A program made the position numbers and the translations under genes. DNA of 64,000 nt, taken from a virus. Taxonomy: Duplodnaviria > Caudoviricetes. The stretch spans positions 44,944-108,943 of the IMG/VR virus record IMGVR_UViG_3300021254_000025, one strand, 5' to 3'. Positions 20,301-28,627 of this stretch are shown one piece after another (the first letter of the stretch is position 1; each line of letters begins with the position of its first letter). Below the pieces are notes generated by a model that was given only the letters and a program-made list of their open reading frames with translations, was not told where the DNA came from and searched no databases.

Positions 20301-20378
20301 ACTGCAAGAGCTGTAAACAATTGTATTGGTGAGGTAACATCTGTAACAGCTTATACGTTACCGCCTGCAAAATCATAA
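14319..20378 (+). CDS. Tal / central tail spike protein (prophage tail endopeptidase-like N-terminus, beta-rich C-terminus)
   Basis: Follows Dit. ELSFTIP, LL..VLEGSSWNVG, MATRLYAYG, W.WRTAATG.GL.AD.I.TG.L.A, and repeated G.I.GW.I..../VFWAGG units. Confidence 0.8.
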   Translation: MKGMQRKRKLCLTIYDYNNNVVCDLYDNKSDVSGQATDVYIDKERNGWKELSFTIPSTCIGEDGLEENYRLNYLIAEYQIKAVDDKEIDWYVISEPNITRNNFSKNVSVKAGHVSQLLKHKNLDLEFSDDEGNNVGTAEALLTTVLEGSSWNVGYVENFLDDNGEVKIRSITGPSGTGALGFIEKICDVFEAKPIYHGDTKTVDLISMNPLRDIDPRQIPAKVRDEFNVLELHYDRNIHSLSKTINTNSMATRLYAYGSSGDMNGACTLQNAKHFEWQFTAPETGDEYSMNLEGIDNFFQGNVDIGDVLIWSNMDITSMTYIWNQTKGEAYELYDKPKGRYVQLVQQDVYQTENNFAYLLGLKYYRDVGLMSDETFQQVARFQKEMPEYYKIVKEKSESYIKGESDLSAIAEHNTGLLKLKISSVDVETESGIPSEAWPQKFTIDIDEGDHGVLYRTDYDKAERRFFQWHVTSQLKANGDPVTGTPSVLLFIHNTDPITWDMVYLKRIYDSNGELVVNSEGKPDDFTYTTGDFPTAVTVWGNNVKFQTSDRVYLLCTNSMTGLLGGRLNGIEALIENLYATTRKHPTTFFDLDDPTLVLPSPSNNEYEWLYKYHHDMRDGELWFCWAAKGESIWYRVYYEDTFPLGVEGDYYYDQKRKWLWRFTNGDWTKYESVPDQSVADMFSEVIYLCKRRDMLYKGLYKYYQYNGYVPVGNYAFSDGYGSFWTFKTKKDTNIKLLLNTVLGYVFQDDSDEVVSFSTVESDTVFYPLENELEGKTLYNGSIDPSNGVEQDVSNRFRTGTIRVWEDTRYNYDLPDGTFVHYYDVNLRYLGVNGLSGEGSFVTLPQTRYIRFTTNVQQPGGYVHVENYDNVFYMNEEQYSILAPVYTDLANVPEDQELIGIDPLMKKFADLADKTYEEDLTALRNAQTHIKEQENLLSDSLGDMLKDGRWQDANYIYGDEQRLYKDAMTMFKQISEPEVSYSFTFLDLFGTHQEEYYETHDAEWPDVDIVDICHLVDQESKTNCWAYIEKLHKCYDQEWKTTLDIDTKLTIASKHNFSDVLGRIAEVAKDIRAKQSIYEQSFTRPVDSSRLQGIIDINQNMLNGGSSNWHTDEKGNIIFEAADGLSAMILGGRGMGVANSRNADGSWEWRTAATGYGLTADEINTGKLSADLIEVGSITADKLMSNVGQELEIGSNKALQLFATTNGSRPAGSLLTTDAKIEIKAGYEEDGTTVPAEINIASGGELNLEGGNVNISSGGTLNLQSTGAFYLRAKGADNINSTADGIYIGTDGMNLGGGKFKVAFSGDTSTVNITAAYFAVGDSARKVAEFSVDSNNGVINILADNLINIAAGNTLTLVSNGGGVVIGNIGQTFTIDSDTVNAYIYNRISSLNPTNASDELVPFGSLVPGIYVGTDGINIANMVKLGADGNAKFTGEVNANSGLIGGIHIGTAGIYSGNKSSAAAESNGFYIDSLGAIYIGPHDQIGYCPFQVTNDGSLRAVKGNIAGWYIRSDYLGNAETKDDSTIGIANATGSNIVFWAGGNYNSNPDAPKFMVQANGTLISTLGNIGGWYIGDSYIGNNSSKEVSTVGMAFYPITADDSSVVFWAGGAFSSTPYFRVTKGGILYAVGAVISGDAHFSGTIDAGAVVSCNISADRITSGAMSADRIYGGTLTLGGENGKFGRLVIKDSHNEDIGYWDRSGITALAGTISGPAISACEISGSTISGSTISGGSIVGSSIDIGDGNFTVNNLGHVTMKKLVIDGTPVDVSDFDKAVAYGSGAWDGTTFNATFNFFKGKISRTVGISSSVDVTYISSLMPWAEGGYEGYALGTVGLDLYVSGVKRSEAIERVMFDASKLYSAAWDQAREAVSYEPGAKTIYVPRKGGFKGQDVESYDITATWTAGEQRVSAVSATFFGLPTDPTLSVLLSNSKTTANVPMNGFSDVKNAIWQDGYDAGAEDAGSYNDGWNDCLAACTSHTYYTGTWYDKLYVAPAITARAVNNCIGEVTSVTAYTLPPAKS

Positions 20379-20402
20379 TAGATTATTAAAGGAGATTATT
20401 TT

Positions 20403-20765
20403 ATGAAACAGTTTATTATTAATAAGATTTACAAAGAGACCGAAGAACTCACAAAGCAAGACCTTACAATTCAGGGGAAGTGGATTATTTATAAGATCAG
20501 AAAAACATTGCTTCCTCATATTGAGTTTTACCAAGGTGAAGTTCAGAAGTTATTGGATGAATATAAACCTGAATATGAAAACGGAAACCTGAAGTTCAAA
20601 ACTCCTGAAATAGCACAAGAGTTTTTGAATAAAGAACAGGAAATAGAAAACTTTGAAGTTGAAGTTCAGAACACAAAAGAATCCTTAAAATTATCTGATA
20701 TCCCCGGAATCTCAATTCAGCAGATGGAACTGCTGGAAGATTTTATCGAGTTCATTCCTGAATAA
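20403..20765 (+). CDS. Small helical protein after the tail spike (DUF1617-like, possible chaperone)
   Basis: RBS AAGGAG, acidic helical protein ending LLEDFIE, and a position typical for such genes. Confidence 0.5.
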   Translation: MKQFIINKIYKETEELTKQDLTIQGKWIIYKIRKTLLPHIEFYQGEVQKLLDEYKPEYENGNLKFKTPEIAQEFLNKEQEIENFEVEVQNTKESLKLSDIPGISIQQMELLEDFIEFIPE

Positions 20766-21142
20766 TGTGGATTAAAGCAAATCCAAATCCAATGCGAAAA
20801 GAAGTTCCAGACTGTGTGATTCGAGCGGTGTCTATAGCTTTAAATCAGCCGTGGATTCAAACATTTGATGAACTGTATTCTGTTGCAAGAATGGATTTCA
20901 ATATGCCCTCAGCCGATTCGGTCTGGGGGCACTATCTTTATCTTAAAGGTTTTGAACCATTCTTATTACCTGATGCATGTCCCAAATGTGTTACTGTCGC
21001 AGAATTCACAAAACAGTTTCCAAGAGGAACTTACATCATTGGAACTGGGAGTCATGCCGTAGCTGTAATTGACGGCAATTACTTTGATTCATGGGATTCA
21101 GGTAATGAAATGCCAACATTTTATTGGAGAATTAGGAGATGA
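20765..21142 (+). CDS. Putative papain-like (Cys-His-Asp) peptidase-fold protein
   Basis: NPNP...DCVIRA...HAVAVIDG.YFDSWDS; translationally coupled to the upstream gene (TAATG). Confidence 0.55.
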   Translation: MWIKANPNPMRKEVPDCVIRAVSIALNQPWIQTFDELYSVARMDFNMPSADSVWGHYLYLKGFEPFLLPDACPKCVTVAEFTKQFPRGTYIIGTGSHAVAVIDGNYFDSWDSGNEMPTFYWRIRR

Positions 21143-21148
21143 TTCTTT

Positions 21149-21535
21149 ATGCCGTATCCTTATTATCAGTACCCTTACTACTATAACCAGAATCAATCTT
21201 ATAGTTCGAACTACAAGAGCATCGAATGGGTTGACGGCGAAGTTGGAGCAAAAGCTTTCCAGATGCCTCAGGGCTTACCACCTGAAACACCGATTGCTCT
21301 ATGGGACAACAGTGAAAAACGCATTTGGCTGAAGAGCTGGAACGCAATGGGAATGCCAAACCAAATGCAGGAACTGAATTACGAAATCAAGGAACGCACA
21401 AATCCCGCATTACTTCCGGGAAATATCTCCGGCGATATGAATCAATTTGCAACAAAAGAAGATCTCGACCATTTAAAGAAAGAAATACAAAAACTTTCCC
21501 GCACAATTAGCGAGAATCGCGGTGGAGAGAAATGA
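21149..21535 (+). CDS. Hypothetical protein with a Tyr/Gln/Pro-rich N-terminus
   Basis: ORF with RBS; WVDGEVGAKAF motif and C-terminal FATKEDL coil. Confidence 0.7.
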   Translation: MPYPYYQYPYYYNQNQSYSSNYKSIEWVDGEVGAKAFQMPQGLPPETPIALWDNSEKRIWLKSWNAMGMPNQMQELNYEIKERTNPALLPGNISGDMNQFATKEDLDHLKKEIQKLSRTISENRGGEK

Positions 21536-21783
21536 ATGAATTGTATAATGCATATATGAAAAATCCAATTAACAGACCTGTCGAAAATTTAAGTCCAATG
21601 CAAAAGCTGAATCAGGTTATGCAGGCGATGAGAAATCCGCCGTCTGTTATTTATCAGGCATTTCCTGATATTCCTTTATATATGCAACATGACGCAAATC
21701 AAATACTCCAATATTTAAAACAAACTCGAAACATATCAGATTACGATATACAAAACATATATAATCAAATTCCAAAATTCTAA
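21532..21783 (+). CDS. Hypothetical Asn/Gln/Met-rich protein
   Basis: ATGA overlap with the previous gene; GGAG RBS. Confidence 0.65.
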   Translation: MNELYNAYMKNPINRPVENLSPMQKLNQVMQAMRNPPSVIYQAFPDIPLYMQHDANQILQYLKQTRNISDYDIQNIYNQIPKF

Positions 21784-21801
21784 AGAAAGGAGCGGTTAGC
21801 A

Positions 21802-24420
21802 ATGCCTTATCTTGATTATCCAGGGTTGCAAAGATTCAAAAATAAGATGGATGAGAAAATTGAATCAAAGATAGATTCATCCGAAAAAGGCTCAGCCGGT
21901 GGAGTTGCCGAGCTGGATTCTAACGGCAGAGTTTTATCTTCTCAATTGCCATCTTATGTAGATGACGTTCTTGAGTTTTCGTCTGCTGATGCATTTCCTA
22001 TTACCGGTGAAGCAGGCAAAATCTACGTCGATCTGAATTCAAATGCAACCTACAGATGGAGCGGAAGTGATTACGTAAAAATTGGCTCAAGCTTAACCTT
22101 AGGAGAAACTGAAAGCACCGCTTATCGTGGAGATCGCGGTAAGGTTGCTTACAACCACGCCTATGCCAAAGGGTCGGCCTTTGAGAGCGGCCTGTATAAG
22201 ATTACTACAAATGATCAAGGCCATGTAATCATGGCCGACCCTGTGGTAAAAACAGATATTACTTCTCTTGGAATTCCAGGACAGGACATGGATACAAGAG
22301 TTACCAGCTCGGAAAACCACTATGTTCCAGAAACAGACGCAACGGGAACAATTAACGCAAATGCTTCCAGTGGCGCTGAAAACTGGAACGTTGATGTTGT
22401 AAGTGGAATATCTGTAAATACAGACGGAAGAGGACATATTACAGGATTATCTGTTTCTTCCAGCAGGATTCCGTCCAATCCAAATACTGATACTAAAGTT
22501 ACAAACGCAGAAAATCATTACACTCCAGTCAGAGATCCTTCCAGTGACAAAACTGCTGTCGCTGAAGGCGGTGCAGCAAGCTGGAATTTCGACGTTGTAA
22601 CTGGTTTAACCTTACAAACTGACGGGAAAGGTCACGTCACAGCTGTGAGCGTAGACTCAGCTAAAGTTCCTGTCAATCCAAACAATTATCGTGCAGTTCA
22701 AGTGGATGATGTTGAAGTGTTAAGTTCAGGCACAACATCCGCTATGAATTTAAAAGGTGGACGTAATGTTACGCTTGAAGCAACCGGTGGTGCTATTACT
22801 GTAAATGCTGCAGATACAACTTATGAAAATAAAGAAGCGTCTGCAGATGGAACAGAAGTTTCTCTTGTGACAACGGGAGAAAAAGCACTCTGGAATTCAA
22901 AAACGTCCAACCTCGGTACTGTGACAAGCATCACAGCCGGAGACGGCCTTACAGGCGGTGAAATAATTACAAACGGAACCATCGGCCTTAATCTGAAAGA
23001 CTCAGTATTAAGTGCATTTCCTTCTGTAAATATTACACCTATAGGCGGTAAACAATATGCAGTAGGACTGGACAGTGACGGATACCTCAGCGTGAACGTT
23101 CCGTGGACAGATACGTTATACGCAAATCTTGAGCCTGTTGTAAACGGAACGGATGTGTCTCTGGTTACAACTGGCGATAAAGCAAACTGGAATTCAAAGA
23201 CATCCAATTTGGGTACTGTTACTTCTGTTTCGGCCGGAATTGGTTTGGCTGGAGAACCTATAACAGAAAGCGGAAGCCTTAAGGCTAAACTTAAATCCGA
23301 AGAAGTCGGTTTAATTGACTCTATGATCTCTGCAAATATTGTTGGAAGACAATATGCTGTTATGGTTGATAAGTCCGGGTACTTATCTGTTTGTGTACCT
23401 TGGGAAGATACCAATACAACCTATATCAGCAGAGAAGCCGCTGCAGGCGGAAATGATGTTTCCCTTGTAACTACAGGAGAAAAGTATTATTGGAACTCCA
23501 AAACATCTAATTTAGGAACAGTAACTTCTGTAACTGCAGGTGCCGGATTAATCGGCGGTACAATTACAGAAACTGGAACCATTAAAGCAAACCTTGCAAG
23601 TGAGACACAATTTACTAATAGTGTTATTAGCGAAGGAGCTGAAGTTTCCACCAGAATCTATCCGATAAGGTTAGATAGAAACGGTAAGCTTGCAGTTAAT
23701 ATTCCTTGGACTGATACTACGTATGAAAGCCGGATGGAAGCAAGCGAAGGCACGGAAGTATCCCTTGTTACTTCCGGTGAAAAATACACTTGGAACCACA
23801 AGATAGATCAATCTTCTATTGGCGTTTCCGGTGGTGTTGCAAGTCTGGATCTTAGTGGCAGAGTTCCTGCATCACAGCTTCCAAGTTATGTAGACGATGT
23901 TCTTGAATATGAAACCGTAGACTTATTCCCTATTGTTGGTGAGAACGATAAAATCTACGTTGCGTTGGATACTCGTCTTACGTACAGATGGAGCGGTAGT
24001 GTTTATGTTGAAATTAGCCAATCAATTGGACTCGGAGAAACAGAAACAACCGCATATTGGGGAGATCGTGGAAAGATTGCCTATGAACATGCAACAGCAA
24101 AAGGTTCTGCCTTTGGTAGTGGTTTATATAAAATCACAACAAACGCTCAAGGACATGTAACAGCAGCAACAGCTGTTGTTAAGGCAGATATTACATCCCT
24201 TGGAATTCCGGAATCTGACACAACTTATCCCAATTTGAACGCCGCTGAAGGTGGCACAAATGTATCTCTTGTTACCACAGGAGAAAAATATATGTGGGGA
24301 CACAAGGCAGATAGGGCGGAAGTATGGGTAGACGAAGCCAATGGAATCCTTCATATTATGACAGATCCAAATGCTACACCATATGATCCAAACGCAGAAG
24401 AACAAGAACCAGAGGAGTGA
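21802..24420 (+). CDS. Repeat-built fibre protein
   Basis: Two copies of GGVA.LD..GRV..SQLPSYVDDVLE...GDRGK...ITSLGIP, two ENHY.P units, and three WNSKTSNLGTVTS units. Confidence 0.75.
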   Translation: MPYLDYPGLQRFKNKMDEKIESKIDSSEKGSAGGVAELDSNGRVLSSQLPSYVDDVLEFSSADAFPITGEAGKIYVDLNSNATYRWSGSDYVKIGSSLTLGETESTAYRGDRGKVAYNHAYAKGSAFESGLYKITTNDQGHVIMADPVVKTDITSLGIPGQDMDTRVTSSENHYVPETDATGTINANASSGAENWNVDVVSGISVNTDGRGHITGLSVSSSRIPSNPNTDTKVTNAENHYTPVRDPSSDKTAVAEGGAASWNFDVVTGLTLQTDGKGHVTAVSVDSAKVPVNPNNYRAVQVDDVEVLSSGTTSAMNLKGGRNVTLEATGGAITVNAADTTYENKEASADGTEVSLVTTGEKALWNSKTSNLGTVTSITAGDGLTGGEIITNGTIGLNLKDSVLSAFPSVNITPIGGKQYAVGLDSDGYLSVNVPWTDTLYANLEPVVNGTDVSLVTTGDKANWNSKTSNLGTVTSVSAGIGLAGEPITESGSLKAKLKSEEVGLIDSMISANIVGRQYAVMVDKSGYLSVCVPWEDTNTTYISREAAAGGNDVSLVTTGEKYYWNSKTSNLGTVTSVTAGAGLIGGTITETGTIKANLASETQFTNSVISEGAEVSTRIYPIRLDRNGKLAVNIPWTDTTYESRMEASEGTEVSLVTSGEKYTWNHKIDQSSIGVSGGVASLDLSGRVPASQLPSYVDDVLEYETVDLFPIVGENDKIYVALDTRLTYRWSGSVYVEISQSIGLGETETTAYWGDRGKIAYEHATAKGSAFGSGLYKITTNAQGHVTAATAVVKADITSLGIPESDTTYPNLNAAEGGTNVSLVTTGEKYMWGHKADRAEVWVDEANGILHIMTDPNATPYDPNAEEQEPEE

Positions 24421-24426
24421 TATGTT

Positions 24427-25176
24427 ATGCTTACGAAAGTTTCGCTCCTGGATGAAAATGGCCATTTGTTAGATTTCGGAGGAGAAGAAACTCCAACGTT
24501 ATTGGAAATATATCCTGTTGGTTCTGTTTATATGAATAATAGACTTGTTGATCCTGATATTATGTTCGGCGGAACCTGGGAAAGAATAATGGATGTTTTT
24601 CTTTTAGGAGCAGGTGACACATATGTTGCAGGAACAACAGGCGGAACTGCATCTATTTCATATACTCCTGTCGGAACTGTTGGCGACCATACATTAACTG
24701 TCGATGAGATTCCTGCTCATAATCATAGCTTCACAGGAACAGCAGTAACATCTGGAACACAAAGTGCTAACCACTATCATTCCATAACAGATTATTATGC
24801 TACGACGACCGGAGCTCATACAATAACTGTTGCTCAAATCGGTAGTCACGCTCATAGTTTCTATGACTATTGGGGAGTTTATGATGATACCTCTGGATAC
24901 TATGGTGTTCACGCACATAGTACTTCCGGTAACGTTGGTGGTTCGACAAGTGGTGCTGGATCAGGAAACTCACATACGCATAGTGGCGCTAATACAAGCA
25001 CGACAAGAACTACCAACGGAATAAGTGCCAATCATACTCATAGCTTCACGGCCTCAGGTACGGTTGGAAACAATGGTAGTGGAAATGCACATAATCACGG
25101 TTTTACAGGCACAGAAACAACAATTAATATACTGCCTCCATATACGACTGTTTATATGTGGAAACGGGTCGCGTAA
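24427..25176 (+). CDS. His-rich needle/short-fibre protein, paralogue 1 (T4 gp10/gp12 C-terminal-like)
   Basis: YPVGSVY...FGGTW...HTLTVDEIPAHNH, several HxH motifs, and PPY..VYMWKRVA. Confidence 0.75.
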   Translation: MLTKVSLLDENGHLLDFGGEETPTLLEIYPVGSVYMNNRLVDPDIMFGGTWERIMDVFLLGAGDTYVAGTTGGTASISYTPVGTVGDHTLTVDEIPAHNHSFTGTAVTSGTQSANHYHSITDYYATTTGAHTITVAQIGSHAHSFYDYWGVYDDTSGYYGVHAHSTSGNVGGSTSGAGSGNSHTHSGANTSTTRTTNGISANHTHSFTASGTVGNNGSGNAHNHGFTGTETTINILPPYTTVYMWKRVA

Positions 25177-25188
25177 AGGAGGATCGAT

Positions 25189-25947
25189 ATGTCAAGAATT
25201 AAACATGTTGATGTGAACGGTACATTATATACGTTCAACGGCACAGACGGTGTTGTATTTGATACGATTTATCCTGTTGGTTCTATTTATATTAACACTG
25301 CAAATGTTGATCCGGCTCCATTATTTGGAGGAACGTGGACACGTCTAAAAGACAGAATGTTATATATGGCAGATAACAACACTGTATCAGGTTCTACAGG
25401 AGGTGCTGCTTCTGTAAGTTATACTCCTGCTGGAACCGTGGGAAACCATACACTTACAACGGATGAAATACCGAGTCACAATCATAGTTTTACAGGATCT
25501 GAAGTGACATCTGGCAATCAATCTGCCGGTCATACACATACGTACACAGAATATTACGCTACCACTACATCGAGCACGGCTTTATCATCATCCACATCGC
25601 CTTCGCATAATCATGGATATGGATCATCCGGATGGAAAGTTGACCATACACATGCAAGAAACAGTGGTTCCTGTCTGGCTTTGAACGGTGACTCGGCTGG
25701 TGGAGCTGGAGGTAATACCAACAGTAATGGTTCCAGTAGTGGACATACACACTCCGGTGCAAATACGCACACAAGTAGAAACTCAACAAATAACAGTGCT
25801 AATCATACACACTCGATTACTGCTGCTGGTTCCATTGGAAATAAAGGTGGCGGCGGAGGACATAATCACAGTTTCACTGGAACAGCTGAAACACTTAATA
25901 CTATGCCTCCATATTTAGTTGTATATGTATGGCAAAGAACAGCGTAA
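25189..25947 (+). CDS. His-rich needle/short-fibre protein, paralogue 2
   Basis: Same YPVGSIY / HxH / MPPY..VYVWQRTA scaffold. Confidence 0.75.
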   Translation: MSRIKHVDVNGTLYTFNGTDGVVFDTIYPVGSIYINTANVDPAPLFGGTWTRLKDRMLYMADNNTVSGSTGGAASVSYTPAGTVGNHTLTTDEIPSHNHSFTGSEVTSGNQSAGHTHTYTEYYATTTSSTALSSSTSPSHNHGYGSSGWKVDHTHARNSGSCLALNGDSAGGAGGNTNSNGSSSGHTHSGANTHTSRNSTNNSANHTHSITAAGSIGNKGGGGGHNHSFTGTAETLNTMPPYLVVYVWQRTA

Positions 25948-25960
25948 AGGAGGTGTGATC

Positions 25961-26737
25961 ATGCCGTATATAAATCTTCTTGATATAAACGGGAGCCCTT
26001 TTAAACCAAAAGAAGGGGCTAATATTACGTTTGATAATATCTATCCTGTTGGTTCTATTTATTTAAATACCCGTCTTGTTGAGCCTGCTCAGTTATTCGG
26101 TGGAACATGGAATAGAATACAATCTACTTTCTTATTAGCCGCTGGTAATACTTATTCAGCTGGATCGACAGGAGGAGCTTCATCTCAAAGCTATACACCT
26201 GACGGTAGCGTAGATAATCACACCTTAACAACGGCTGAATTGCCATCTCATAACCATACTTTTACAGGAACGGCCAAAAGTTCCGAAAATCAATCGGCTG
26301 GTCATACGCATAACTTTACAGACTATTACGCAACAACAACAGGCGGTACGAAAGTTACCACTGCACAGATAACTTCACATGGACACTCTTACCATGCATC
26401 GCAAAGGAATGTCTGGGCGAATGCCGCAAGTTTAGCTCGTATTACAGTTTATGTTTCTGGCGATGGCAACCGCCTTGTTTCAAATACCTTAGGTGGACGT
26501 AATTATTCACAGAACAGTTGCTCTTCAAACAGTCATAGTCACGGAGGTCCAAACTCATCTTCGTCAAGGACCTCAGGTCCAATATCAGCTAACCACACCC
26601 ATAAGGCTACACTTGCAGGAACCATTGGAAATCAGGGAGGCGGCGGTGCACATAATCACGGGTTTACCGGCACCGCTGCAACTATCAGTACAATGCCTCC
26701 ATATGTAGCTGTATATGGATGGGTTAGGACAGCGTGA
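25961..26737 (+). CDS. His-rich needle/short-fibre protein, paralogue 3
   Basis: Same scaffold. Start moved to ATG 25961, downstream of AAGGAGGTG. Confidence 0.75.
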   Translation: MPYINLLDINGSPFKPKEGANITFDNIYPVGSIYLNTRLVEPAQLFGGTWNRIQSTFLLAAGNTYSAGSTGGASSQSYTPDGSVDNHTLTTAELPSHNHTFTGTAKSSENQSAGHTHNFTDYYATTTGGTKVTTAQITSHGHSYHASQRNVWANAASLARITVYVSGDGNRLVSNTLGGRNYSQNSCSSNSHSHGGPNSSSSRTSGPISANHTHKATLAGTIGNQGGGGAHNHGFTGTAATISTMPPYVAVYGWVRTA

Positions 26738-26750
26738 GGAGGCGTTCTAA

Positions 26751-27524
26751 ATGGAGCTAAAGGCTATCGATGTGAACGGAACGCCATTTTTTCTTAAAAG
26801 CATTGTTGATATTGTTTATCCTGTAGGTTCTATTTATACGTCTGTTAACAGTACAAGCCCTTCTTTGTTTTTTGGCGGAACATGGGAACAAATAAAAGGT
26901 AAATTCCTATATGCATGTGAAGATTCCGGAATAACATCTGGTCTCACGGGTGGAGCCAAGAGTGTTTCTTATACTCCAGCAGGAACAAACAGCGGCGGCG
27001 CTGTAAGTAGTCACACATTAACTGTCGATGAAATACCAAGTCATAATCATAGTTTTACCGGGAGCGAAGTGAGTACCGGGAACCAGAGCGCCGGACATAC
27101 GCACAAGTACACAGACTACTACGCAACAACAACTGGAAGCCATGCCGTCACCGTAGCGCAGTTGGCGAGCCATGACCATGCTATCGCTATTGGAACTTGG
27201 GATGGAAACCATTCCGGCAAACTAACCTTGAACAGCAATGCGATGTATAGTAATTCATGGAATGGTTCAACACAGAAAGTTGGAAATACGGGTTCCGGCA
27301 ACAGCCATTCCCACAGCGGTGCCAACACATCCACCACTCGTACATCCGAGGGTATTTCAGCCAACCACACCCACAAAGTAACAGCTGCTGGTTCTATTGG
27401 AAACAAAGGTGGAGGCAAAGGCCATAGCCACGGATTTACACAGCCCACATTCACTGGCACAACAGCGATAATAGACACAATGCCTCCATATTTGGCTGTA
27501 AACGTCTGGAAACGTATAGCATAA
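26751..27524 (+). CDS. His-rich needle/short-fibre protein, paralogue 4
   Basis: Same scaffold; GAGGAGG RBS. Confidence 0.75.
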   Translation: MELKAIDVNGTPFFLKSIVDIVYPVGSIYTSVNSTSPSLFFGGTWEQIKGKFLYACEDSGITSGLTGGAKSVSYTPAGTNSGGAVSSHTLTVDEIPSHNHSFTGSEVSTGNQSAGHTHKYTDYYATTTGSHAVTVAQLASHDHAIAIGTWDGNHSGKLTLNSNAMYSNSWNGSTQKVGNTGSGNSHSHSGANTSTTRTSEGISANHTHKVTAAGSIGNKGGGKGHSHGFTQPTFTGTTAIIDTMPPYLAVNVWKRIA

Positions 27525-27546
27525 ACAGAAAGGGGATCATAAAAAT

Positions 27547-28068
27547 ATGATCATTGAAATAAAAGGAAAAAGATATGACAATCCTGACTTCAGGATTAAC
27601 AACGGAATCGCAGAGCTTCGTATGCATTCCGATGCAAGCTTTGCTGAAGTTTTCAGCGATTTTGCGCTTGATGCTGGTGATACAATTCGCCAGTTTAACG
27701 ATAACGAAGAACAAATCGGTGAATGGTATGTAGAAGGAATGGCATCAATCCAACTTCCAGGTGAAGATGGCAGTGATGTTGTTACCATCAAATATCATAT
27801 TACTCAAATCAGCAAAGAAGCACAAGAAGCTTTAACAGACGATCTGGATGTTGCTTCTATGTCTGTGCTGGAACTTGCTGGTATTGTAGCAAATGCTAAA
27901 AAAGAAATGAACGATACTGCAACTCGAATTGAGCAGGAACAGCATGAACATAACGAGCGGCTTTCTACTATTCAGCAGGTCTTAAATAATCTGAATGAAA
28001 CTACCAGCCGCTGGGAATCAATGTATAACGTACTCGCTGATCGAGTTGCAACGCTTGAAAACAGATAA
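27547..28068 (+). CDS. Hypothetical fibre-associated protein with a C-terminal coiled coil
   Basis: ORF with RBS; heptad-patterned C-terminus; followed by a CD1375/XkdX-type gene. Confidence 0.6.
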   Translation: MIIEIKGKRYDNPDFRINNGIAELRMHSDASFAEVFSDFALDAGDTIRQFNDNEEQIGEWYVEGMASIQLPGEDGSDVVTIKYHITQISKEAQEALTDDLDVASMSVLELAGIVANAKKEMNDTATRIEQEQHEHNERLSTIQQVLNNLNETTSRWESMYNVLADRVATLENR

Positions 28069-28082
28069 AGGAGGATACATTT

Positions 28083-28199
28083 ATGAATCCTGACAAGATT
28101 TACGACATGTATGTAAAGATGATCCGCAGAGGAAAGATTACTCTTGCGGAAGTTCCCGAAGAATATCGGGTCGAAGTTAAACGGAGGCTTGAATCATGA
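28083..28199 (+). CDS. 38-aa CD1375/XkdX-like small protein (not in the ORF track)
   Basis: MNPDKIYDMYVKMIRRGKITLAEVPEEYRVEVKRRLES; RBS GGAGG; the Y...I..G..TL..VP...R.EV pattern. Confidence 0.65.
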   Translation: MNPDKIYDMYVKMIRRGKITLAEVPEEYRVEVKRRLES

Positions 28200-28405
28200 T
28201 TTTAGTTCATTTATCTGTGAATAGTAAGCCAGCTTTATTGGATGAAAATAATATCTTGTTCGCAGAAGAGACCACTGGAAAAGATACGGATGATAAAGAA
28301 GTTGAATTCACTCGTATTTATCTTAAACAGCCTCTTCCCGGCGAAAATGAATCATATTGGATTGATGTGCAGGAGACTGCTAAAAAGATACTTCAGGCTA
28401 TCTAA
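28196..28405 (+). CDS. Hypothetical protein
   Basis: ATGA overlap with the 38-aa gene; GGAGG upstream. Confidence 0.6.
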   Translation: MILVHLSVNSKPALLDENNILFAEETTGKDTDDKEVEFTRIYLKQPLPGENESYWIDVQETAKKILQAI

Positions 28406-28441
28406 CATCAAGGGAAGTTCGCAGAAACAGGAGCGAACAAC

Positions 28442-28478
28442 AGCACTGCGTTCAGGAAGGATTAGCAGTGTTTTTTTG
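28442..28478 (+). terminator. Probable intrinsic terminator
   Basis: GCACTGC...GCAGTG stem followed by a run of eight T. Confidence 0.55.
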
Positions 28479-28627
28479 ATTTAAAAAATATTGATTAGTC
28501 TATTCCAAGCAAAAGAATGATTAATTTTGAAGATTAATTTATTTCCTTCAATATCTAATTAAGACTTCTTGTGCGCGCAACTGATATATCAGGGGAAGTT
28601 TTAATTTAGATAAATATTTTTTAAAGG

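Noticed and set aside
24427-27524. Invertase-driven tail-fibre shufflon
   Set aside because: All paralogues are full-length, co-oriented and have their own RBS; no inverted repeats or recombinase gene are nearby.
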